Source of the DNA: an uncultured Bacteroidota bacterium
GTDB lineage: Bacteria > Bacteroidota > Bacteroidia > Flavobacteriales > Flavobacteriaceae
NCBI GenBank assembly: GCA_902614065.1
Contig: CACMJT010000005.1
Location: 37,528 to 101,527, forward strand
Direction: 5' to 3'
DNA: 64,000 bases
The translations under genes were made by a program, and so were the position numbers. Each line of letters opens with the position of its first letter. Position 1 is the stretch's first letter. Under the pieces are notes generated by a model. That model did no database searches. It had not been told where the DNA came from and worked only from the letters and a program-made list of their open reading frames with translations. Positions 30,416 through 39,332 of this stretch are shown here, piece by piece.

Positions 30416-32050
30416 TTATTTGATTGCAGAAATTATTGGACTTCCTGTTGATAATGCAGTAAAATTGATTCCTAAAATTACAGACAAAGTGGGGGCAATA
30501 TCTCTAACATAAATTTTTTTATTAGATGAACCATTTCTAATTCCTTTTCCATAGAATATCAGAGGAACATGTGTATCATAGGTCCTGCCAGTACCGTGAT
30601 TGGAGGCGTTTGAAGACTTTTTGTGCCATAATGGTTTTAAAAAGAATGCTAAATCACCCCTCAGGTCTGGATGACTGTTGTAATATATCATATTTATGCC
30701 ATAATCTTCTGAATAAGAGACTGCTTCATCTAATTGAGCAAAATCATAAACATCATATACCCAAGGTTCTTTTTTTAGTTCATTTTTAATCAGTGCTTTA
30801 ATTTCATCATGTGAATACCCTGACTCATCAATTCTATCTTTATTTAAATACACATTGTAGTTTGAAACATCTTTAATATATTTTTTAAGCTCCTCATTGA
30901 AAACATTCATTGAATATAACTGATTAAATGGTACTTTATTTTCGGATAAATAAGACGGAACATGAGTAATGCCATGGTCAGATGTTAAGTAGACGATATA
31001 ATTTTTTTCACCAACGTTTTTATCTAGGTAATTAAGGATATCTTCAATGTTCTTATCAAGTCTAATGTACATGTCCAACACTTCAACGGAATTTGATCCA
31101 AACCTGTGTCCAAGATGGTCTGCGGATGAAAATCCAATATGAAGAAAATCTGTTGTTTCATCTTTGCCTAAATTTTCATGCTCGATAGCATTTAATGCAA
31201 AATCCTTTATAATATCATTACCAAATGGTGAATACTTTATAACATCATAATTAATTTTACCATTTTTAGTTTCAGATATTTTTTTTAAATCATAAGGAAA
31301 TGTTGAGTTATTTTTACCAAGATATTTTATTTCATGTTCGTTCAAATCAGGGCCACTTTCATCGTATTGTTTAATATCATAATAAGTATCCCAGTTAGAA
31401 ATATATTTTTGAATATTTTTTCTTTCATTAAATCGTTTAACCCATTCAGGAAGTTCATTCATATAATATGAGCTTGTAATAAACTTGCCTTCATTTTTTG
31501 CATTAAACCAGTAGGACATTTTTGAGGTATGCCCTCCAGACAATACAGCTGATCTATCTTTCAAGGCAACACTAAATGTTTTTGCTTTAAAGTTTGATGA
31601 TATTCTATTTTCATCTGAGATTGTAGTTGTTTGTAAGTTTTTTGGAGATTTTTGACCTTCATCTGACAAAGTTCCAACTGACTTTTGCAAAAAATCATCG
31701 ACACAATATATTTCTTTACTTAGTAAGGGATTGAACCATTCATTTCCAACAATTCCATGATAATTTGGTGTTGTTCCTGTTACTACTGTTGCATGTCCTG
31801 GAGCTGTTGATGTAACAGCATAACTATAATGTGCATTCTTTGCATTGAAACCTTGATTTACAAGTTTTTTAAAGCCATTATCCCCATATTTGTTCCAGAA
31901 CTTTGGGATGTACTCATATTTCATCTGATCAACAACAATTCCTACAACAAGTCTTGGTTTTTCATATATTTTGTGTTCTGATTGCGCTGAAATATAGATA
32001 GAGAAAAGGAGAATAAATCTAAAATATGTATTCAAAGTTTTTTTTTGCAT
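30416..32050 (-). CDS. pafA: PafA-like alkaline phosphatase / nucleotide pyrophosphatase family enzyme
   Basis: Signal peptide; 'LVVGIVVDQMKYEY', Thr nucleophile context 'TSTAPGHAT', 'SADHLGH','TSDHG' metal ligands. Confidence 0.82.
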   Translation of the reverse strand: MQKKTLNTYFRFILLFSIYISAQSEHKIYEKPRLVVGIVVDQMKYEYIPKFWNKYGDNGFKKLVNQGFNAKNAHYSYAVTSTAPGHATVVTGTTPNYHGIVGNEWFNPLLSKEIYCVDDFLQKSVGTLSDEGQKSPKNLQTTTISDENRISSNFKAKTFSVALKDRSAVLSGGHTSKMSYWFNAKNEGKFITSSYYMNELPEWVKRFNERKNIQKYISNWDTYYDIKQYDESGPDLNEHEIKYLGKNNSTFPYDLKKISETKNGKINYDVIKYSPFGNDIIKDFALNAIEHENLGKDETTDFLHIGFSSADHLGHRFGSNSVEVLDMYIRLDKNIEDILNYLDKNVGEKNYIVYLTSDHGITHVPSYLSENKVPFNQLYSMNVFNEELKKYIKDVSNYNVYLNKDRIDESGYSHDEIKALIKNELKKEPWVYDVYDFAQLDEAVSYSEDYGINMIYYNSHPDLRGDLAFFLKPLWHKKSSNASNHGTGRTYDTHVPLIFYGKGIRNGSSNKKIYVRDIAPTLSVILGINFTALSTGSPIISAIK

Positions 32051-32105
32051 ATATAGGAAAAATATGCATTAGATGGAACTTTTTTTCTTTATAAAAAAGT
32101 TAAAA

Positions 32106-32864
32106 TTAATCTCTAGAATTGATTTTCGCTAATAGTCTTAGAATCTCCAAATACAACCAAACAAGAGTGACCATAAGCCCAAAGGCTGCATACCATTCCA
32201 TGTACTTGGGAGCCCCATTTTCTGACGCCTCCTCAATGAAATCAAAGTCCAAAACCAAATTTAAGCTTGCAATTAAAATAACAATTAAAGAAAAAATAAT
32301 ACTAAACATTGAACCATTGGCTGGATTTAGTAAAGCCAAATCCATTCCGAAAAAACTGCCTATGAAAGAGATTAAATATATCAAAAATATACCTCCTGTA
32401 GCAGCAACAACACCGAGTTTAAAATTTTCTGTGGGTTTTATTAGACCTGACCTGTAGGCCATAAGCAATGACAATAATATTAATGCAGTCAAACTAACAG
32501 CGTTGAGAACAATACCTTCAAACTGTTGAGCATACATATATGAAACACCACCAAGGGCTAAACCCTCGAATATTGCATATAGTGGAGCGGTAATTGGAGC
32601 AGACTTCTTGTTAAATATTGTAATTAATGCTGTAATGAAACCTGCAATAAAACCTCCTATCATCAATGTTGGGGAAGTAATTGTGTATGAGTAATAACCT
32701 GCAATAATTAACAAAACCAAAGAAATTGCTGTTTTATCAACAGTTCCCTTGATGGTCATTGTCTGATTATTGACAAAAGAATTTGTACTGGTTCGTTGCA
32801 GATTCTTGAAGGTATTTTTATTTAAAGCTGGGTTTCCTGATCTAAACGATAAATGTCTTGACAT
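32106..32864 (-). CDS. Bax inhibitor-1/YccA-like membrane protein
   Basis: N-terminal 'RSGNPAL' motif followed by about six or seven TM helices. Confidence 0.75.
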   Translation of the reverse strand: MSRHLSFRSGNPALNKNTFKNLQRTSTNSFVNNQTMTIKGTVDKTAISLVLLIIAGYYSYTITSPTLMIGGFIAGFITALITIFNKKSAPITAPLYAIFEGLALGGVSYMYAQQFEGIVLNAVSLTALILLSLLMAYRSGLIKPTENFKLGVVAATGGIFLIYLISFIGSFFGMDLALLNPANGSMFSIIFSLIVILIASLNLVLDFDFIEEASENGAPKYMEWYAAFGLMVTLVWLYLEILRLLAKINSRD

Positions 32865-32896
32865 CTTTTAATTTTTTTTTGTTCTATTTTATGTTA

Positions 32897-32904
32897 TAAT
32901 TTTG
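32897..32904 (+). promoter_or_regulatory. candidate sigma-A -7 box (TAnnTTTG)
   Basis: Exact TAATTTTG with 6 nt between its G and the ATG at 32911. Confidence 0.35.
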
Positions 32905-32910
32905 ATAACA

Positions 32911-33705
32911 ATGAAAAACTTTATTTTTATTTTTTTTCTAGTAATAATCAACAACTATGCCCAAAACTCAACGGATTTAACAGAAACTTTTCCAATATTT
33001 CCTGTTTGTGAATTGCTACCTGATAAATTTCATAAAGATTGCTTTAATGAAACAGTTGACGAGCATATTCAAAACAACTTTAATTATCCAAAACAGGCGT
33101 GGGATAATGATATAGAAGCAATAGTAAAAGTAAAATTTGACATTGATGTTAATGGTAATATAACTAATGTGATTCCAAATTCGAGTGTAGTTGGAGTTAG
33201 TTTTTTTGAGAGAGAATCACTAAATCTTGCCAAAAATCTATTTAATGATTCAGCAAAAAAAGTAATTGAATCACTGCCGAATGCGATTCCTGCCAAAAAG
33301 GATAATATTGCTGTAGAGAAAACTTTTTTGGTTTCTATTAAATACCAAATTCCAAGAGAGTTGGGCTTTGATGAGGTTGAGGTACCACCACTATTTAAAG
33401 GCTGTGAAGATAAAGAAAATAAAAAGTTGTGTTTTATAAAATTTATTGAAGATCACATCGTCAAGAACTTTAAATATCCAAAGCGTGCAATAAAAAAAGG
33501 AGAGGAAGGAGATGTATTTATACAATTTGATATGACATCGAACGGATTGTATACAAACTTTAGAACAATTGGTGACAGTAGAATTTTAGAAGATGAAGCC
33601 TATAGAATTATGATCAAATTACCTTCTTTTCAGCCTGCAAAGTTCAAGGAAAAATACGTTACTACATCTTATGGTACAACAATCTCATTTAAATTAAATC
33701 AGTGA
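32911..33705 (+). CDS. secreted protein with two TonB C-terminal-like domains
   Basis: Signal peptide; two copies of 'P.F..C......C.......H....F.YPK.A....(E/I).G.V.V.F' ; start trimmed from TTG 32902. Confidence 0.65.
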   Translation: MKNFIFIFFLVIINNYAQNSTDLTETFPIFPVCELLPDKFHKDCFNETVDEHIQNNFNYPKQAWDNDIEAIVKVKFDIDVNGNITNVIPNSSVVGVSFFERESLNLAKNLFNDSAKKVIESLPNAIPAKKDNIAVEKTFLVSIKYQIPRELGFDEVEVPPLFKGCEDKENKKLCFIKFIEDHIVKNFKYPKRAIKKGEEGDVFIQFDMTSNGLYTNFRTIGDSRILEDEAYRIMIKLPSFQPAKFKEKYVTTSYGTTISFKLNQ

Positions 33706-33998
33706 AAAAATTAAGCAAAAGTGAAGTTGAAAAAAAACTAAAATTATTATCTAAAAATTGGGTGTTAAAGGATAATATACTTTTTGCAAAGTTTAAGTTT
33801 ATAACTTTTAATGATGCGTTTGATTTTATGAAAATAGTTTCTGAAAAATGTAAAGATTTGAATCACCATCCAAAATGGACAAATGTTTATAACCAAATTG
33901 ATGTTGAATTATTTACGCATGATTTGGGGGGGTTATCTCATTCTGATTTTGAGTTAGCATGCTTCATGGATTTGAGTTTTTCACCTTATTCTCAATAA
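33702..33998 (+). CDS. phhB: 4a-hydroxytetrahydrobiopterin dehydratase
   Basis: 'FNDAFDFMKIVSEKCKDLNHHPKWTNVYNQIDVELFTHD' PCD signature; GTG start overlaps the upstream stop. Confidence 0.88.
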   Translation: MKKLSKSEVEKKLKLLSKNWVLKDNILFAKFKFITFNDAFDFMKIVSEKCKDLNHHPKWTNVYNQIDVELFTHDLGGLSHSDFELACFMDLSFSPYSQ

Positions 33999-34003
33999 TT
34001 ACC

Positions 34004-34011
34004 TATTTTTG
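34004..34011 (+). promoter_or_regulatory. candidate sigma-A -7 box (TAnnTTTG) upstream of the MscS-family gene
   Basis: Exact TATTTTTG 8 nt upstream of the ATG at 34020. Confidence 0.35.
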
Positions 34012-34019
34012 TCTAGCAA

Positions 34020-35120
34020 ATGGAAAATCTAGAGTTTTTAAGTACAGAGTTTTTTGGAAATACCCTAAAGAATTACATTATATCAATTTCAATTATTGTA
34101 TTTGGTATTATCTTCAAAGGGCTAATAAGTTCTTACATTAGAAAATTCTTATTTAAAATTGTCGGTAACAGCAATAATAAAGAGGGTAAATCTGAATTTG
34201 ATAACCTTCTTAAAAAACCAATTACTTATTTTCTTTTTCTAGTCATAATCTACATGGCATTTAATATGTTGAGCATTCCTGATTCATTGGGCCTTGTAAG
34301 TGCTGATGAATTTGGATTACGAATGGTATTTGAAAAGGGTTTTTTACTTCTATTAGTAGCAAGTGTAATATATATAATCTTACAATCAGTGGAGTATGTT
34401 GGTTTAAGGTTAAGTCAAAGGGCAGCTAAAACTGAAAGTAAAGTTGATGATCAATTAATACCTTTTGCAATAGAGATCGGAAAAGTTCTGGTTGTAATAT
34501 TTGGTGTTTTGATTATTCTGGGAAATATTTTTGGAATTGATATAACTGCACTAGCTGCTGGTCTTGGTATAGGTGGTGTTGCTGTGGCATTGGCATCTAA
34601 AGAAAGTCTTGAAAACTTACTTGGTTCCTTTACAATATTCTTTGACAAACCCTTCACAGTTGGGGATATTATAACAATAGGTGGGATTACCGGAGTTGTG
34701 GAAAAAGTAGGCTTTCGAAGTACGAGGATTAGAACTTTTGACAAGAGTTTGGTTACTGTTCCAAACAAGAATTTGATCAATACCGAGCTTGATAATTTAA
34801 GCTTGAAGCCTGTTAGAAAAGTAAAAACTGATATTGGTTTGACTTATGATACAAGTGTAGATCAAATCAAAAAGATTGTGGCTGATATTCAACAATTAAT
34901 TAATGATCACCCAAATACTAACCAAGATGGGGTTGTTAGATTTTTAGAGTTTGGAGCAAGCTCTTTAGATGTAATGGTTCTTTATTTTGTTAATAGCCCT
35001 GATTGGAAATTATTGGTTGATACCAAACAGGATATTAATTATAAAATCATTGAAATTGTCAAAAAACACAACAGTGATTTCGCATATCCATCAACTTCTG
35101 TATACTTAGAAAAACAATAA
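34020..35120 (+). CDS. mechanosensitive ion channel (MscS family)
   Basis: N-terminal TM helices, pore helix 'ALAAGLGIGGVAVALA', beta domain 'FTVGDIITIGGITGVVEKVGFRSTRIRTFD'. Confidence 0.88.
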   Translation: MENLEFLSTEFFGNTLKNYIISISIIVFGIIFKGLISSYIRKFLFKIVGNSNNKEGKSEFDNLLKKPITYFLFLVIIYMAFNMLSIPDSLGLVSADEFGLRMVFEKGFLLLLVASVIYIILQSVEYVGLRLSQRAAKTESKVDDQLIPFAIEIGKVLVVIFGVLIILGNIFGIDITALAAGLGIGGVAVALASKESLENLLGSFTIFFDKPFTVGDIITIGGITGVVEKVGFRSTRIRTFDKSLVTVPNKNLINTELDNLSLKPVRKVKTDIGLTYDTSVDQIKKIVADIQQLINDHPNTNQDGVVRFLEFGASSLDVMVLYFVNSPDWKLLVDTKQDINYKIIEIVKKHNSDFAYPSTSVYLEKQ

Positions 35121-35122
35121 GT

Positions 35123-35446
35123 TTAAACAGAACTGATTTTAAATTTTTTATAATTATCATATAAAAATACTGGCATAGCCAGTGAGAATCCAACCAAAAA
35201 CATACAAGCAGTATATTTCAAGAGTTTTAAAGGTTGATTTTTGAATGCATAAATGATAAAAATAAAAAAAGACATAGCTGCAACACCCAAATCAGCTGAA
35301 AGCATGGATGATGCGAAATTTACATTTGCATCTGCAAAAAATTCAGACAAAGACCATTCCCAATTTTTAAATTCTAAAAATTTAAATAGAAAATAATATG
35401 GGGCTGCAACCCCTAAAAAACACATTAGTAAAAAAATTTTCTTCAT
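35123..35446 (-). CDS. small membrane protein (DUF2834-like)
   Basis: 107 aa, 3-4 TM helices, resembles the DUF2834 pattern; weak assignment. Confidence 0.4.
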   Translation of the reverse strand: MKKIFLLMCFLGVAAPYYFLFKFLEFKNWEWSLSEFFADANVNFASSMLSADLGVAAMSFFIFIIYAFKNQPLKLLKYTACMFLVGFSLAMPVFLYDNYKKFKISSV

Positions 35447-35457
35447 GTTATTAAATT

Positions 35458-35487
35458 AAAAAATCCTGGTAAATACCAGGATTTTAG
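35458..35487 (-). terminator. rho-independent terminator hairpin
   Basis: 9-bp stem AAATCCTGG/CCAGGATTT with a 6-nt loop; on the minus strand followed by a T-run, just downstream of the 35519..36046 gene. Confidence 0.6.
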
Positions 35488-35518
35488 TAAGACTATTTTG
35501 AATTTATTTTAATTAAAC

Positions 35519-36046
35519 CTATTCAGAAGCTGCCATAGCTGCAGCATACTCCTTGTTAAATTGTTCATCAGCAAAAAAACCTAATGCTTGAACAATTTTA
35601 CCATCTTTCCATTCGTAATCAAAGTGTCCTTTTATAACCAGTCTTTCACCAGTAAAGTTTCCAGTACCGCTCCATGTGAACCAATAATTAGTCCATATTC
35701 TGCCATCTGTAAAATAGTTTGTATGAGCATATTCGTCTGTTATGGTTATGTCAGAAAAAACCTCGTGCTCATATGTCCATCCATCAAATATGTTGTCTTT
35801 TCCAGTGACCTCTGTGCTATTGAAAAATACTTTTGCATCATCGGCGTAATATTCTTTTGCATCCTCAAAATCTGCTTTTGTATAATCTTCAGCTAATTCT
35901 AATATTGTTTCTGTTAATTCATCTTCAACATCTGTTTCTGAATAATACTCGACATCATCATCTGACATAACAACTGCAACAACACCAGTGGAACTCATAT
36001 CGCATGAAATGAAAGGGAGTAAGAATAGTAGTAATAATTTTTTCAT
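35519..36046 (-). CDS. NTF2/SnoaL-like lipoprotein
   Basis: Lipoprotein signal 'LPFISC', acidic linker, then an alpha+beta cone pattern ending 'DYEWKDGKIVQ'. Confidence 0.55.
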   Translation of the reverse strand: MKKLLLLFLLPFISCDMSSTGVVAVVMSDDDVEYYSETDVEDELTETILELAEDYTKADFEDAKEYYADDAKVFFNSTEVTGKDNIFDGWTYEHEVFSDITITDEYAHTNYFTDGRIWTNYWFTWSGTGNFTGERLVIKGHFDYEWKDGKIVQALGFFADEQFNKEYAAAMAASE

Positions 36047-36062
36047 AGTTTAAAATTTAAAG

Positions 36063-36557
36063 TTATTCCATTTTTGCATCCCATTGATGAATACGAAATA
36101 TCTTTCCATCTCTGATAAAAATTCTGTCAATTATTCTGACTTTTTCTTGGGTTCCGTCGTTTAGATATCGATCCTCTAAAAAAGCAACAGTAACTCTTGT
36201 TACATCAGAACCTTCCCTTTTCAGTGGAACGGCATTCCATACTGTTCTTTTTATAGAATCATAAGGCGAATGTAATTGCATGACAATTCCAGGGACATCT
36301 TCTCTGCTGTTAACCATTAATCCTCCAGACGGGGGTGCATACCTAACAGTATCTGCCATCATTTCATACATGGCATCTGTATCTTTATCTGCATAAGCTA
36401 AAACCAAGTCAATAGCAATTTTTGAATCTTCATCAGAACCAAAAACATACTTTTCACCATCATTGTTAGCCATACCTGCAGACTTTTCAACTTCAATTGT
36501 TTGTGTTTCACAGCTTAAAAAAGCTGTAGCTATCATTAGTATATATAGTTTTTTCAT
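36063..36557 (-). CDS. NTF2/SnoaL-like lipoprotein
   Basis: Lipoprotein signal 'TAFLSC'; 'AIDLVLAYADKDTDAMYEMMADTV' helix and C-terminal 'IRDGKIFRIHQW' typical of SnoaL-like folds. Confidence 0.55.
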   Translation of the reverse strand: MKKLYILMIATAFLSCETQTIEVEKSAGMANNDGEKYVFGSDEDSKIAIDLVLAYADKDTDAMYEMMADTVRYAPPSGGLMVNSREDVPGIVMQLHSPYDSIKRTVWNAVPLKREGSDVTRVTVAFLEDRYLNDGTQEKVRIIDRIFIRDGKIFRIHQWDAKME

Positions 36558-36567
36558 AGTTTATAAA

Positions 36568-37347
36568 TTAATTTTCGAATTTTCCATTCTTGGCATCAAA
36601 TAAAAGTCTAGTAACAACCCTATGTTGAATTACTCTCAAATCTGATGCACTTCCATATTTTTTTATGTTGCTTTCATTAATCTTTTGAGGTATTTCAGAC
36701 CACCAAACTTTATTTGCATCTGCCATGCTTTCAAAAGTATCAATGGTTAGAAAATTCCAAGCATTTTCAGATCGGGTGACTGAACCGTTTCTAGAGAGCA
36801 CATGCCAGCCTTTGAGGCTAGGCGCATGTTTTTCAAGAGTTTTTTTCATGTTTTTTTCAAATTCTGAATAAGCATTAATATTATTAGCCTTGATTAAATT
36901 AAAGGTTGCGATATTATTTACTTTATCACCAGTATGATTAAAACCTGTTATATAAGTACAACGTGCGTTATACACTGTCTCATATAACTCTTGTCCTTTT
37001 GACCAGGCCCACGATCTAGAATCTGCGGACAAACCAGGGTATGTTGCATCCCAAGTTTCAGCCCAAGTTGGAGTATTTTTTGGTACTACCCATATAATCA
37101 TATGACTAAATTGTGAATTATACTGGGAAGATTGGTTAACTCTCCTTAAAATCCAATTTTCAAGCTTTCCATTTTCAACAGCTTTTGATGCAACTTTTCC
37201 AACAAAATCCGTCATAAAAATTTCAAATTCTTCTATATCTCCTTTTTCAACTTTAACAAACTCAAATCTAACAATCTCACCTTCATTTGGTTGAGAGTAA
37301 GAAAAGGAAATAACGAAAAAAAGAAAAAAACAAATTATATTTTTCAT
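36568..37347 (-). CDS. secreted hypothetical protein (two internally similar halves)
   Basis: Signal peptide 'FFLFFVISFSYSQ'; start trimmed from TTG 37371 to ATG 37347; no recognised motif. Confidence 0.5.
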   Translation of the reverse strand: MKNIICFFLFFVISFSYSQPNEGEIVRFEFVKVEKGDIEEFEIFMTDFVGKVASKAVENGKLENWILRRVNQSSQYNSQFSHMIIWVVPKNTPTWAETWDATYPGLSADSRSWAWSKGQELYETVYNARCTYITGFNHTGDKVNNIATFNLIKANNINAYSEFEKNMKKTLEKHAPSLKGWHVLSRNGSVTRSENAWNFLTIDTFESMADANKVWWSEIPQKINESNIKKYGSASDLRVIQHRVVTRLLFDAKNGKFEN

Positions 37348-37476
37348 AATATTAAAATTGATTAATAGCAAGTTAAATATTTTGCCAATTAATACAATTT
37401 AATTTTAAAATCATTAATGATATTTAACATATTAGTAATATTGAATACATTAAGACTGAAAAATTTTTAAAATATT

Positions 37477-37944
37477 GTGTTAAAATTTGCTGAATTTTCA
37501 AAAGACAAAAAACATAGATATTATTTATCTCGAAAATGGTCTGAAAACGAACAAGTACTTTATATATTATTAAATCCATCAAAAGGAAATCATATAGACA
37601 ATGATCCTACAATCAGGAGATTAATAACAATTTCTAAAAATCTAGGATACGGTGGTTTTAATGTTGTTAATTTATACACGCTAATAACACCGATTAGAAA
37701 TAAATTATATGAAAAGAAAAGAGAAACTTCTGCAAAAAATAAAAAATTGATCGCAGAACTAGTTGCTGGGCATAAAACAATAATTTATGGGTGGGGAGCA
37801 ACGGAAAATGAACCAAAGTGGCTCAACAATATTGTAAAAAGTCCATTATGCTTTAACATCAATAAAAATGGCACACCAAAACATCCTCTCTACTTAAAAA
37901 AAGAGTCAACATTAAAAAAATTTAGAGAACCAAAAAAAAATTAG
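37477..37944 (+). CDS. DUF1643 domain protein
   Basis: 'HRYYLSRKW....LYILLNPS' N-terminal pattern of DUF1643; GTG start, no nearby ATG. Confidence 0.6.
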   Translation: MLKFAEFSKDKKHRYYLSRKWSENEQVLYILLNPSKGNHIDNDPTIRRLITISKNLGYGGFNVVNLYTLITPIRNKLYEKKRETSAKNKKLIAELVAGHKTIIYGWGATENEPKWLNNIVKSPLCFNINKNGTPKHPLYLKKESTLKKFREPKKN

Positions 37945-38324
37945 ATTTCTTCTGTTTTTTTATCAAGCACAATTATGGTAGCGCATGAAATTAGCATTAA
38001 TGCGGAAGGTAATGTTGGAACTAAAGGGTCACTAATACTTATATGAAAGTAGACAGCAGCTATCATGAATAGACCCATAATAAATGCAGCAGGGGTTACA
38101 AATCTTCTAACCTTTAAGCCAATCAAAAGTATGATTGCACATGTGACTTTAAATATCCCAACTACAACCATTGTTGTTTGATTAAGACCATAAGCCTGAA
38201 ACTCCTCAATCATATTTAAAGCATCTCCTCCTCTATATAATGAAGGCATATTCAATCTCCAAGTCCATGCACTTAAAACAGCTAGAGAAACAACCAAGAT
38301 TAATATTTTGAAAATCGTTTTCAT
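37941..38324 (-). CDS. DoxX-like membrane protein
   Basis: 127 aa, four TM helices, DoxX-like topology. Confidence 0.5.
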   Translation of the reverse strand: MKTIFKILILVVSLAVLSAWTWRLNMPSLYRGGDALNMIEEFQAYGLNQTTMVVVGIFKVTCAIILLIGLKVRRFVTPAAFIMGLFMIAAVYFHISISDPLVPTLPSALMLISCATIIVLDKKTEEI

Positions 38325-38375
38325 AATTATCTATTCTAACCTATATTTAGTTTAGTTAATTTAAAAAATTTATTT

Positions 38376-38864
38376 ATGAAAAAAATATTTTTAATGTTGA
38401 TTTTAGTTCTAATCTCATGTGAAACAACAAAACAGGAACCTACAACTCAGCTAGATTTTCCATTTGAACCTAGCTATCAAAAAGATTGGAAAATGGGCAA
38501 TCAAGAAAATGTACTGCTAGTTCAAAATTTACACAAAACACTTCTTGATGGTGAGTTTGAAAGAGTAAATGAATTCATTTCTGATACCATAGTAATGTAT
38601 ATGGGCGATGGTTCAACTGTTAGTGGAATTGATAACTTTAAAGAACTTCTTGCAGGTTATAAAGATGCCAATTTAAGAGATTACAATGTTGGTGTAAATT
38701 TTCCAATTATATCTGAAGAAGGTCATGAATGGGTGATAAATTGGGATTCCGTTACTTACGATACAGCTGATGGACCTGTTAGAATGAGATATCAGGAAGC
38801 TTACAGAATTTCTGGAGGTAAAATTGTGAGAGTTAATCAATTTACGAAACCTGTTGTAGATTAA
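38376..38864 (+). CDS. NTF2/SnoaL-like lipoprotein (first gene of the sulfatase block)
   Basis: Lipoprotein signal 'LVLISC'; 'LVQNLHKTLLDGEFERVNEFISD' and C-terminal 'ISGGKIVRVNQF' SnoaL-like pattern. Confidence 0.55.
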   Translation: MKKIFLMLILVLISCETTKQEPTTQLDFPFEPSYQKDWKMGNQENVLLVQNLHKTLLDGEFERVNEFISDTIVMYMGDGSTVSGIDNFKELLAGYKDANLRDYNVGVNFPIISEEGHEWVINWDSVTYDTADGPVRMRYQEAYRISGGKIVRVNQFTKPVVD

Positions 38865-38883
38865 TACATTAAAAATATTTAAA

Positions 38884-39330
38884 ATGGACTTCAGAATTTT
38901 TCTGAATCTCTTTTTGGTTTTATCATTAATCTCTGTTTATTCTCAAAATGATGGAAGCAAATTCTACGGAGAGGAATTTAGTTTTGATATTGAAAATATT
39001 GGTATTTCATTGAAGCCATCTTTAAGTAGAATTAAAGTTAAGGGGGAAATTATATCAACCTGTCCTATGAAAGGTTGCTGGATGAATATGCTGGTTGCAA
39101 ATGACACTGTTCTTGTTAGATTTAAGGATTACGGATTTTTTGTCCCTAAAAAAGGTGTGGAGGGTAGTTCAGCAATTATTAATGGATTTCTTTCAGTTGA
39201 TACGTTAAGTGTTGCTCAACTGCGACATTATGCCGAAGACGCGGGTAAAAATAATGAGGAAATTATGAAAATCAAAAAGCCAAAAATCACATTATCATTT
39301 TTGGCTGATGGAGTAGCTATTCAAGAATAA
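38884..39330 (+). CDS. DUF4920 domain protein
   Basis: Signal peptide; 'CPMKGCWM','VRFKDYGFFVPK','LRHYAEDAGK' motifs as I recall them for DUF4920. Confidence 0.6.
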   Translation: MDFRIFLNLFLVLSLISVYSQNDGSKFYGEEFSFDIENIGISLKPSLSRIKVKGEIISTCPMKGCWMNMLVANDTVLVRFKDYGFFVPKKGVEGSSAIINGFLSVDTLSVAQLRHYAEDAGKNNEEIMKIKKPKITLSFLADGVAIQE

Positions 39331-39332
39331 TT

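Noticed and set aside
32119-32457. 112-aa plus-strand ORF inside the Bax-inhibitor-like gene
   Set aside because: It is antisense to a coherent multi-TM protein, so I treat it as a shadow ORF.
32865-32901. T9 tract (32872-32880) in a divergent promoter, and the A9 tract at 37932-37940, as phase-variation switches
   Set aside because: Homopolymer A/T runs of 8-10 nt are frequent throughout this AT-rich window. There is no evidence of frame dependence or variability from a single sequence.
34451-34780. 109-aa minus-strand ORF inside the MscS-family gene
   Set aside because: It is antisense to a strongly supported channel gene and has no independent evidence.
35588-35896. 102-aa plus-strand ORF opposite the NTF2-like lipoprotein gene
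   Set aside because: The minus-strand product has a lipobox and a fold-like pattern. The plus-strand translation is low-complexity Phe/Ile/Cys.
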